A DNA stretch of 42,089 nucleotides, from the NCBI GenBank assembly GCA_021791795.1, contig JAJYVX010000006.1:1-42089 (forward strand), read 5' to 3'. Shown piece after piece: positions 1 to 8,480 of this stretch. The notes below the pieces were generated by a model, which worked only from the letters and a program-made list of their open reading frames with translations, was not told the DNA's origin and searched no databases. Position 1 is the stretch's first letter. The number at the start of each line of letters is the position of its first letter. The position numbers were made by a program, and so were the translations under genes. This DNA comes from Actinomycetes bacterium (GTDB taxonomy: Bacteria; Actinomycetota; Acidimicrobiia; Acidimicrobiales; Bog-793).

Positions 1-2
1 CC

Positions 3-383
3 GGTGAGTACGGTTGGGTACCCGTCGACCGCCACAGCCTGCGCCACGTCACCTACCCGGAGGTCTTCGCCCTCGGCGACGTGTGCGACGCCCCCACCTC
101 CAAGACCGGCGCGGCCATCCGCCGCCAGGCTCCGGTGGTTTCTCGAAACGTCCTCGCCGTGCTCTCAGGGCGCGAGCCGGTGGCTCGCTACGACGGCTAC
201 GCGGCGTGCCCGTTCACCACCGCTCGAGGCAAGATGGTCCTCGCCGAGTTCGACTACAGCCTCTCTCCGCACCCGACGCTGCCGTTCATCGACACGGAGC
301 GCGAGCGCTACGACATGTGGCTGCTCAAGCGCTTCGGATTGCCGGCGTTCTACTGGAACGTCATGTTGCGCGGTCTCGGTTGA
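3..383 (+). CDS. sqr: Sulfide:quinone oxidoreductase-like FAD-dependent oxidoreductase, C-terminal part (5' end outside window)
   Basis: Frame open from base 3: GEYGWVPVDRHSLRHVTYPEVFALGDVCDAPTSKTGAAIRRQAPVV...YDGYAACPFTTARGKMVLAEFDY...YWNVMLRG. SKTGAA, YxxCP and LAEFDY are typical of type II SQR C-termini. Confidence 0.8.
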   Translation, partial: GEYGWVPVDRHSLRHVTYPEVFALGDVCDAPTSKTGAAIRRQAPVVSRNVLAVLSGREPVARYDGYAACPFTTARGKMVLAEFDYSLSPHPTLPFIDTERERYDMWLLKRFGLPAFYWNVMLRGLG

Positions 384-577
384 ACCGTTGCCGGTTTGCT
401 CCCCCGATGGACGTGCCGGGTGCGATTCCTGCACCCGAACCCGCCCTGCTCGCAGGTCACGTCCGTCTCAGGCTGACTCCCGGTCCGCAAAAGACGCGGG
501 GCTTGGTGTTGACGGCCTGAGGCACTCAGCCTCAGACGGCGACGAAGAGGAGCAGATCTACCGGAGCGATCGCTCCA

Positions 578-2690
578 ACTCCCTTTCCGTACATCGAGCG
601 AGGGATATCGCGTCGGTCAGGGACGTGTCTGCCCGGTGAGGGTGTAGGCAGCGGCCGGGACCCCCGGCAGGCTGAGGACCTGCAGCTGGAGGCGGTGAGC
701 TGTGGCTCAGACACCTTGAGGGTGCGTCCGGTGCCGTCGTGAAGCGCGTGGCGTGAGACACCGGCGAAGATCTCGAGGACCCGCTCCGCACTCGGCGCCG
801 GGCAGTCGCGTAGCTCCGGGTAGAGCGGTATCGAGGAAGTGTTGGCTGCCTTCATCGCGCAGCGGATCTCCCGCTCGATGAGCGCCTGGACGAGCAGCGC
901 GAAGAACTGGCAGCACAGCAGTCCCTCGATGCGCACAGGGTCCTTCAGGTACACCGGGGCAACTGCCTGGTGGCTCTTCAGCTGTTCGTGGCGGCGTTCG
1001 AGGTTCGGTTGGTACTTGTAGGCGACGAGGACCGCCGCTGGCGTCATCGCCCTGTCGTTGGTGATGAGCAGGAACGTGCCGTCCAAGCGGGCATCGTCGG
1101 CGACGATCTCGGTGCGCACCGCAAAGGACAGTTCGAAGCGGGTGGTCGTGGTCTTGTAGTAGCGGGTGTTGGCTCCGGGCCGTCCCCGGCGCTCCTGGCG
1201 GAAGTCGTCGTCTTTGACCTCGGCGACGTGCACCGCGAAGAACCGGGCGGCGCCGGCCTCGCCCAACGCGTCCGCGGCCGCCTTCTCCACGGCGGGGACG
1301 CTCTTCATCCGGCAACGGGGCCCGGCGAGCTTGGCGGACAGCCTCGAGGGCCGCCTGGCCGGCCTCGATCCGTGACTGGCGACTGGCGGCGTCCCGGCCT
1401 CTTTCGTGCTCGAGTGCGCCCAGATGACGCGAAAGCCGCCTTCTGAAGGAAGCGGCGACTCGAAGGTCTGCCAGATCTCCGCGGGATCCCCGATGCGCCT
1501 GTCGGGGCGGCGCATGGCCTCGGTCCACTGCGGGGCATGGGTCTTCACCCAGTCGGCGAACCAGGTGACCTCCTTGCGCCCCACAGGCAGCACGGTCACG
1601 AAGCGCCCGCCGTTGCGGTCGATGTGGCCCATCGCCCCGGCGGAGGCGAGCTTGCAATCGGCGACGTACAAGAAGTTGGCCCTGCCGACGAGGCGGCGCA
1701 GCTCGTTCCAGGTGGGCACGTGGGTCACGTCGTCTGCGGTGTTGCCCGATGCCACCCGGTAGGCGATCGGCACTGCCCCGTCGGCTGACACGGTCAAGAT
1801 CCACACCAGCTGGCGAAGATCTGGGCGGAAGTCCTTGTTGTGACCGAAGGTCGGCTTCGCGACCGCCTTGCCGGCCCGGGTGCCGCCACCTCCTGGATAG
1901 TCGCTGCCGGTCAAGGTGATCGACGTCGAGTCGTTGTGCAGCTGGGTGAGCTCGACATCGAAGGCCCGCAGTGCACTACGACGCCGGTGAGCAGGCTCGC
2001 CCGATCGGCGTCGAAGAGACGGGCGAGCATCCGGCCGACCCGGTCGTCGTTCAGCGCAGAGACATCCTCGGGCTCGAGCCCGAGCAGTTCCGGCTCGTAG
2101 GTGGCGGCCCACTCGCCCATCGCGTAGACCGGGCCGTGGCGCACGCAGAGGTTGCGCACCACGACACCGAGCACCTTGGCTGGAGCGAGGCGCAGCCTCG
2201 CGTCGTCGTGGGGCACGGCCTCTTCGAGGGCGGCGTCGAGCTCCAAGCGAGCGATGAGGTGGTTCACGATCGGCATGGCGCCGACGAGGCGGCTTTGGAG
2301 CCGGAGGTCCGCCAGGTCGGGCGGAGGGCTTGACTCGGCCATGCCGGACGCCTATATACGTCCGGTTCATGGAGGGTGGATGGTGACCCGCGGGCAACTC
2401 GAACCGAGCCCGGCCGAGCGCCGTGCTCAAGAGCAGATCGCGCGTCGCCTCGCTGAGATCGGGTTAGTCCTGCCTGGCAGCGTCAGCTCACGCAGGAGCC
2501 GCTGTGGCAACCCCGGCTGCATCTGCCACGTCGACGAGACACGCCAGCACGGGCCTTATCTCACCTGGACCCGCAAGTTCGAGAACAAGACCCTGACCCG
2601 GGCGCTGAGTGCCGAACAGATCGAGCGCTACCAACCCTGGTTCGACGAGCACCGACGCCTACGGCAGCTCACGAAGGACCTCGAGGTCAC
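578..2690. mobile_element. Degenerate IS1634-family element (transposase plus divergent DUF6788-like gene); ends approximate
   Basis: Transposase remnant and companion ORF. Low-coordinate end tentatively near 578-600 (ccctttccgtacatcg); the other end appears deleted near 2690. No terminal IR pair or target duplication could be confirmed. Confidence 0.55.
617..2342 (-). pseudogene. IS1634-family DDE transposase, frameshifted
   Basis: N-terminus in ORF 1911..2342 (LNDDRVGRMLARLF), core in ORF 532..2430 (LHNDSTSITL, FGHNKDFRPDLRQL, YVADCKL, YKYQPNLERRHEQLK, PVYLKDPVRIEGLL). Frame changes at ~1975, ~1397, ~1340 and ~692; reconstructed stop TGA at 617-619. Confidence 0.85.
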
Positions 2691-2715
2691 CCCAGAGAGC
2701 GCTCAAGCAGGCTGA
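2380..2715 (+). CDS. DUF6788-like small IS-associated protein, C-terminus probably truncated
   Basis: ATG at 2380 after GGAGGG. LPGSVSSRRSRCGNPGCICH...HGPYLTWTRK...KTLTRALS matches the CGxxxCxC...HGPY pattern of DUF6788 proteins found beside transposases. Confidence 0.7.
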   Translation: MVTRGQLEPSPAERRAQEQIARRLAEIGLVLPGSVSSRRSRCGNPGCICHVDETRQHGPYLTWTRKFENKTLTRALSAEQIERYQPWFDEHRRLRQLTKDLEVTPESAQAG

Positions 2716-3204
2716 GGCGCCGTGGAAGTGACCGTGCAGCTGGGGGTCCGGGCTGAGTGCCGACCGCGTGACGCCCACCAACTCGTCGGCCCAAGCCGAC
2801 GCGAGGTCCTTCGATCCGCAAAGCTCGCCCCAGTAATCCGCCAACACCTCGATGTAGGGCATCTCGTCAGCTTCGTGCGCTGCCCAGAGTCGGTCGAGCC
2901 ATTTCCTGCGCGTGCTCGGGTCGGCTGGAGCTCTCGCGATGATCGGCACGAGCTCCTCGACGGCGTGGCTGACGGCCGTCCCGATGGCTCCGGAGGAACT
3001 GTCGACGTGCTCGAGCGCCGGCGACACACGCTCGAGGAACAGCACGGCACCCTCGGCACCGAGCACCGGGTCGCGCCGGGTGATGCTCTTGATCTCCGTC
3101 ACCGCCTGGCGCACCCGCTGGACAGCGGGCTGCGACCGCCAGCCGAAAGCATGGCGACGAAAGCGGGCCCGGAACTCGAAGCGGTGGGTGTCTGCTGCGC
3201 TCAT
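2659..3204 (-). pseudogene. Conserved hypothetical protein, N-terminal ~170 aa only
   Basis: FRARFRRHAFGWRSQPA...LFLERVSPALEHVDSSSGAIGTAV...GHFHGASACLSAL resembles a conserved hypothetical family I recall as much longer. The sequence then runs into the antisense of the DUF6788-like gene at ~2690. Confidence 0.55.
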
Positions 3205-3351
3205 GCGTGCGAACCGGAGAGAGCCTCAGCATTTGCAGCAGAGTGTGATCCGATGGCATCAAGAGAGCCCGTCGGTGAACAAGGCTCCGCCCCGACCAAG
3301 GGCAACCGCGCGACCTGGCATCGGGGCGCACGCGAAGGACAGACTGGTGGC

Positions 3352-3441
3352 GTGAACGACGTTCTTCTCGAATTGCTCCGACACAAGACGTGGGCCAGGC
3401 GGATCGAGGGAGACGGCGCCGGCGGCGAGCAACCCGCCTGA
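3352..3441 (+). pseudogene. Possible N-terminal fragment of a DinB-like protein
   Basis: GTG start gives MNDVLLELLRHKTWA, similar to DinB N-termini (LxELxRHxxWA). CAGACT hexamer 6 nt upstream. Stop after 29 codons. Confidence 0.3.
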
Positions 3442-3626
3442 GGGACCGCGCCGCGGCCGACACCGTGAGCCGGTGGGACAGTTCCGCTGCGGGTCCGAGT
3501 GCGCCGAATGGCGATTAGTCTGGGACACGACGTCGCTCCGACGCCACCGCTTTCGCGGCGACCGATGAGTTCCGCTCGCGCAGGCCGTCTCCACCATGAG
3601 GAGCTTCCGACTGACAAGGACGAGCG

Positions 3627-4406
3627 ATGACGAAACGAGAGTCCGCCCCGATCGGGGCACCGTGTTGGGTCGACTTGTGGACGTCCGACGTCGAGGGCAG
3701 CCGCCGGTTCTACGCCGAATTGTTCGGCTGGGAAGCAGAGCCGCCGAGCCCAGGGCACGGCAACTACTTCATGTTCACCAGGGAAGGCGTACCGATCGCC
3801 GGTGGGATGGGCGACATGGGCGAGATGCGCGCAGACGACACCTGGAAGCCGTACCTCGCCACGGACGACGTCGAGGCGACGCTGAAGGTCGCAACCGAAG
3901 AGGGCGCAACGGTGATGGCGCCAGCAATGGTGGTCGACGACCTTGGTGTCCAGGCGGTGATCACCGACCCGCAGGGGCTCGTCGTCGGTGTCTGGCAACC
4001 CGGCGGCTTCCCCGGTTTCACCGTGATCAACGAGCACGGCGCGCCGCTCTTCTTCGCCTTTGACACCGACGACTACCGCGGCGCGGTCGACTTCTACCGG
4101 CAGGCGTTCGGCTGGGACCCGCTCGAGGAGGCGACGGAGGACGGCCACCACTACGCCGGATACATGGACCCCGAGACTGACCGACCCCTCGCCGGCATCG
4201 GCGACGAGGTCGAGAACCTGGAGCAAGGCGAGAGGCCGGCCTGGTGGGTCTTCTGGCAGAGCGACGACGTCGACGCTTCCATCGAAACGGTGCTCGCCCT
4301 CGGCGGGACGGTGCTCGCAGCCGTGAGGGACGGTGGGCTCGGCCGGGCCGCTCGCGTGGCCGACCCCGCCGGCGCGCGCTTCTGGTTGTGCCAGCCGAAG
4401 CGCTAG
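3627..4406 (+). CDS. VOC family protein (tandem glyoxalase/bleomycin-resistance domains, CFP32/Rv0577-like)
   Basis: GAPCWVDLWTSDVEGSRRFYAELFGW...DPQG, with a second domain FYRQAFGW...ADPAGARF. AAGGA SD upstream. Confidence 0.9.
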   Translation: MTKRESAPIGAPCWVDLWTSDVEGSRRFYAELFGWEAEPPSPGHGNYFMFTREGVPIAGGMGDMGEMRADDTWKPYLATDDVEATLKVATEEGATVMAPAMVVDDLGVQAVITDPQGLVVGVWQPGGFPGFTVINEHGAPLFFAFDTDDYRGAVDFYRQAFGWDPLEEATEDGHHYAGYMDPETDRPLAGIGDEVENLEQGERPAWWVFWQSDDVDASIETVLALGGTVLAAVRDGGLGRAARVADPAGARFWLCQPKR

Positions 4407-4841
4407 CGGGATGGGGCTCATCGCGATCGGAGCTTGGCAGCGCGCCCTTTCCGCCGACCCGTGGACTGGCTCGCCCATCCTGTTGCCTCACGTCAAGACC
4501 TCCGGGAAGGCTGAGTCGTTGCCTCACCGAAGATCTCCGGATGGTTCGAGGAGTTGAACCCTCGGTTTACCCGTGGCTTGACCGGCGCTGGCGCCTTGGA
4601 GAGGCGATCCGCTCGAGGTGAGTGGCGAGCTCGGCAATGGCTCGGGACAGCTCGCCTGGGCGGACGGCGTCCATGTCTTGGTGAGTGCCCACCGCTCCTC
4701 GGCGTCGAGGAGATCTGAACCAGAGCAAGGGATCGACGACGACATCAGCGAGCATCCCCCACTCGCGACGACCACCGCACCAACCTTCGGAGAACCGACG
4801 AAACCGAGGGCAGTCGCCACTGCCGGGAGCGCCGATCCTGG

Positions 4842-5050
4842 ATGGCAGTCCTGGTCGGACCGGCAGCTCTCGGTGCGTTCCCCGGCGACAACCTCTCCTA
4901 CCTGGTCGGTCGCCGCCTCGGTCCGCTGACCACGCGCCGCTTCTTCTCCACCGAGAAGGGTGTGAACCGGCGGCGCCTGGACAGAACGTGCCCTCCGGGT
5001 CTACGGGCTCGTCTCATCCTCGCGTGTCGGGTCATCCTCGGCGAGCGGTG
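4842..5050 (+). pseudogene. DedA/VTT membrane protein internal fragment
   Basis: AALGAFPGDNLSYLVGRRLG...RFFS.EKG...RLILACRVILGER matches the DedA GAxxGDxxxYxxGR and RFIPGxR motifs. N- and C-termini are missing. Confidence 0.6.
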
Positions 5051-5233
5051 GAGGGCCGACGAAGATGAAAGGCGGCGTGACAGCGTCCGTGTTCCACCTA
5101 CCCGCCACGACGTGCAATCGTGTCCCGATATGGCAACGGAACCCGACCACCGAGACCGGAAGCCGGCCGGGCGGGCCGTGCTGACGCTGACCGAGCCGGG
5201 CGTGCGGAAGCCGGCCGGGCGCCGGCGCGGCCG

Positions 5234-6283
5234 ATGACCGCCGGATCGGTCGACTCCGTGCTCGGACCGGTTCCGGGCGAAGAGCTCGGACCGACCCTCG
5301 TGCACGAGCACCTGCTCGTCGACACGCGGACCACCGAGCACAAGGAGGCCAGTCATCGCGCGACGCCGCTCGGTCCGCACAACTACTACCTCTCGCGACG
5401 CCGCGACGACCATCCCCACGCCCTCGTCCTCGACTCGGTGAGCGAAGCCGTGGACGAGCTGCGGCACTTCCGCGATCTCGGTGGCCGCACTCTCGTCGAG
5501 GTCACCCCCCGCTGCCTCGCACGCAACCCGGCCGGGCTCGTCGCCATCGCGCGGGAGAGTGGTGTGAACGTCGTCATGGGCGGGGGCTTCTACGACCACC
5601 ACTACCACCAAGACGTCGTCCACCGCGCGTCCGTCGACGCGCTGGCCGAGCTCCTGGTGCACGACTGCACCGAGGGCGTCGACATCGGTGAGAGAAAGAC
5701 CGTCCGCTCGGGCGTGATCGGGGAGATCGGCCTCAGCTGGCCGGTGCTCGACTGCGAACGCAAGGCCCTCGTGGCTGCCTCCATGGCACAGGCGGCAACA
5801 GGCAAGGCGCTCGTGATCCATCCCGGACGGAACCCTGAGGGGCCTCGCTTCGCCCTCGACGAGGCAGAGCGCGCCGGTGCCGATCCCTCGCGGGTGGTCC
5901 TTTCTCACATCGACCGCACACTGGACGAGGCGGCGCCGATCGTGGAGCTGGCGCGGCGCGGCGCCTTCGTCTCGTTCGACCTGTTCGGAAACGAGTCGAG
6001 CTTCTACCCGTACTCGGACTTCCACATGCCGAACGACGGGGCACGCCTTCTTTTGATCCGGTCCGTGGCCGACCTGGGGGAGCTCGACCAGGTGGTCGTA
6101 TCTCAGGACATCTACCGCAAGACACATCTCCTCCGCTATGGCGGCGAGGGTTACGGTCACATACTCCGCGACGTAGTGCCGGTGATGGACAGGTTCGGGC
6201 TGGACGCCGGGATGCAACGGAGTCTGCTGACGGACAACCCCGCTCGTGCCCTCACAGGTCAGCCGGCGGCCACGCCGAAGTAG
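5234..6283 (+). CDS. Phosphotriesterase-family amidohydrolase, PTER/Php-like (Glu-bridged)
   Basis: SVLGPV...LGPTLVHEHL, GVIGEIGLSWP, IHPGRNP, SHIDRT, DLFG, SQDI, YGGEGYGHIL, DNPARAL. ATG 5234 chosen because family similarity begins there (ORF track starts at 5120). Confidence 0.9.
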   Translation: MTAGSVDSVLGPVPGEELGPTLVHEHLLVDTRTTEHKEASHRATPLGPHNYYLSRRRDDHPHALVLDSVSEAVDELRHFRDLGGRTLVEVTPRCLARNPAGLVAIARESGVNVVMGGGFYDHHYHQDVVHRASVDALAELLVHDCTEGVDIGERKTVRSGVIGEIGLSWPVLDCERKALVAASMAQAATGKALVIHPGRNPEGPRFALDEAERAGADPSRVVLSHIDRTLDEAAPIVELARRGAFVSFDLFGNESSFYPYSDFHMPNDGARLLLIRSVADLGELDQVVVSQDIYRKTHLLRYGGEGYGHILRDVVPVMDRFGLDAGMQRSLLTDNPARALTGQPAATPK

Positions 6284-7095
6284 GCGCGGCACTCCTGCGG
6301 TCCGGCCGGCCGCCGTCCTACCAGCTCGCACAGAACGACTGCCTGCTCGACGCGCTCGGCGTTCGAACCGGCGAGCACGCCGCGGCGCAGGTCGACGTCG
6401 TCCTCGAAGCCCACTCGGATCCCCGGCGCTCCGAGTGAGAGGGCGGCCATAAGCATCCGGGTCTGGTGGCGGCCCACCGCCGTGACGGTGAAGGGCGATC
6501 CTGCCGGTACGTGAGCCGCCATCGCGCTGAGCGCCGCCGTGGTCGGAGGCGCTCCGCCCACCACCCCGAAGACGAGGTTGAAGGGGGTGCTTGTGGGCAG
6601 CTCACCACGGGCGATCAGCTCGGCTGCGGCCACGACATGGCCGAGCTCGAACGCCTCGACCTCGAGCGGCTTGCCGAAGCCCCGCGCCACCTCGATCACC
6701 CTTGCGGTCTCGGCGCCGCTCGTGACGAAGGGGACGGCGCCGAAGTTCAAGGAGCCGGTCTCGACGCCGACGGCGTCCGGATCGGCATAGGCCCCCGCCA
6801 GGCGTTCCTCGAAGGTCATGCCGCTGCCTCCGCCCGTCGACACGCAGCAGAGCATCTCGGAGGCTCCGTGGACGCCCGCGATGACACCCTCGAACAGCCC
6901 TCGTTCCGCGCTCGGGCGACCGTCGACGTCGCGCACGTGCACGTGCACGACGCCCGCCCCGGCCGATCCCGCCCGCACCGCCTCGGCGACGATCTCCTCG
7001 ACCGTGTAGGGCACGTTCGGGTTGTCCTTCTTCGTCGGCTCGCTCCCCGTCGGCGCGACGGTGACCACCACCGCATCTCCTGTGACACTTCCCAT
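6259..7095 (-). CDS. kce: 3-keto-5-aminohexanoate cleavage enzyme family (Kce/BKACE, DUF849)
   Basis: TVAPTGSEPTKKDNPNVPYTVEEI, HVHVRD (Zn His pair), STGG, GSLNFG, VGRHQ, IRVGFED. ATG at 7095 with CAGGCT 6 nt upstream. Confidence 0.9.
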   Translation of the reverse strand: MGSVTGDAVVVTVAPTGSEPTKKDNPNVPYTVEEIVAEAVRAGSAGAGVVHVHVRDVDGRPSAERGLFEGVIAGVHGASEMLCCVSTGGGSGMTFEERLAGAYADPDAVGVETGSLNFGAVPFVTSGAETARVIEVARGFGKPLEVEAFELGHVVAAAELIARGELPTSTPFNLVFGVVGGAPPTTAALSAMAAHVPAGSPFTVTAVGRHQTRMLMAALSLGAPGIRVGFEDDVDLRRGVLAGSNAERVEQAVVLCELVGRRPAGPQECRAYFGVAAG

Positions 7096-7157
7096 GCCCA
7101 CAGCCTGCTTGCTCCCCGCCGGCGGCGCCACTACCGTGCGGCGGACCCGGAGGACCT

Positions 7158-8219
7158 GTGCAGGCGAGACATCCGCATCCGTTGGGCGCCGATCCTGCGG
7201 TGCTCGGCAGCTGGCGAGCGCTCGCGCCACCGGGGACGATGTTGCACATCGCCGACCGGGTCGACGCCGACTCGGCGGCAAACGAGCACGAGGCCGAGAT
7301 CGAGGTCGAGCTGCTCAACATCGACGCTGCGAGCTACCGCCAGATCCGCGAGGGCTGCGGGGGTGAAGCGGTGGCGATGGCATCCGCGATCAGAGAGGTC
7401 GTGACGCGGCGGGGGAAGATGCAGAACCCCACGACCGGCTCGGGCGGAGTCCTCATGGGGCGCCTCTTGAGTGTCGGGTCGGCTCGGCCCGAGCAGGGAG
7501 AGGACGCTCCGATCGGCGGCCGGGTCATCCCGCTTGCCTCGCTCATCTCCACGCCGCTCCGGCTCGACTCCGTCGGGCCACTCGACCCTGCCGACCCGCA
7601 GCTTCCCGCGAGCGGCCGCGCCATCGTCACCGGTCGGATGTCCTGGGCAGTGGTCCCCGACGACCTTCCTTTGTCGGCCGTCGTGACGGCGATCGACGTC
7701 TATCCGGCGGCCTCGCACACGAGGGCGCTCGCTCGCGATGGCGCCCACGTCGTCGTGCTCGGCTCTGGCCACTCCGGGCTTGCCGCCGTCGCGGCTGCCC
7801 GGGAGGGAGTCGGCCCGGCCGGCACCGTGACCGTGGTCGATCTGAGCGAAACGGCGCTCGAGCGCGCCAACCTCGTCGACCCCCGGGCGACCACCGTCGT
7901 AGGAGATGCCACGCAGCCCGTAGCAGTGGCGCAGAGTCTTGCTGCGCTCGGACTCCCGCCGTCCGACCTCACCCTTCTCTGCACGACGATCCAAGGTTGC
8001 GAGGGGGCGGCGATCCTCCTCACCTCGGACGAAGGGACGATCCTCTTCTTCTCGACAGCCACGTCGTTCGCGGCTGCAGGACTCGGCGCCGACTCGGTCA
8101 GCTCGCTGGCGTCGCTCTCGATCCCGAACGGCTACACGCCGGATCGGGGACGCTACCTTCTCGACCTCTTGCGGCGCACGCCTCCGCTTCTCGACTCCTT
8201 CACGCGGCACAGTCGCTGA
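7158..8219 (+). CDS. kdd: L-erythro-3,5-diaminohexanoate dehydrogenase homolog (divergent)
   Basis: LNIDAASYRQI, RGKMQNPTTGSGGVLMG, TPLRLD, DATQP, FFSTATSFAAAGLGA and NGY are collinear with Kdd. GGAGG SD upstream. Confidence 0.85.
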   Translation: MQARHPHPLGADPAVLGSWRALAPPGTMLHIADRVDADSAANEHEAEIEVELLNIDAASYRQIREGCGGEAVAMASAIREVVTRRGKMQNPTTGSGGVLMGRLLSVGSARPEQGEDAPIGGRVIPLASLISTPLRLDSVGPLDPADPQLPASGRAIVTGRMSWAVVPDDLPLSAVVTAIDVYPAASHTRALARDGAHVVVLGSGHSGLAAVAAAREGVGPAGTVTVVDLSETALERANLVDPRATTVVGDATQPVAVAQSLAALGLPPSDLTLLCTTIQGCEGAAILLTSDEGTILFFSTATSFAAAGLGADSVSSLASLSIPNGYTPDRGRYLLDLLRRTPPLLDSFTRHSR

Positions 8220-8279
8220 CGTCCTCGGGGTCGGGCAGCCATGAGCCTCGTCGGCGGGGACGTCGATCGCAGGCACTCC

Positions 8280-8480
8280 CGGATCGAGCGAACGTAGCGG
8301 TTCACCTCGTCCTCGCCCAGCACGGCCATCTCGCTCGCGATGACTTTCGCCACTCGTGCTCCCGAGCAGACGCGAACACCTTTCACCGTGGCCACGCCTG
8401 ACCAGTGCTTGGTCTCCACGACGAAGGCCCCGCTCGGGCTGTTCGCGCGGCGCGCATCCATCCCCTTGAGATGGCGACTG
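8280..8480 (-). pseudogene. NERD (nuclease-related domain) fragment
   Basis: RRANSPSGAFVVETKHWSG resembles NERD (IDH...GxFVIETKxWSG) with the IDH segment missing. No intact ORF context. Confidence 0.45.

Noticed and set aside
409-464. tRNA, cobalamin/TPP riboswitch or group II intron call from GGTGCGATTCC
   Set aside because: No cloverleaf, no GGGAA/ACTG B12-box context, no CTGAGA TPP motif and no intron domain V seen. Kept only as an unassigned structure.
1340-1980. Programmed ribosomal frameshifting in the transposase
   Set aside because: Four separate shifts with no slippery heptamers; IS1634 transposases are normally single ORFs, so decay or error is more likely.
4482-4540. CRISPR array
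   Set aside because: Only two imperfect units with a ~12-nt spacer, and no cas genes in the window.
4567-4755. Possible frameshifted gene remnant (DLLDAEERWALTKTW / ELSRAIAELATHLERIA)
   Set aside because: Protein-like, but I cannot assign a family or support a start.
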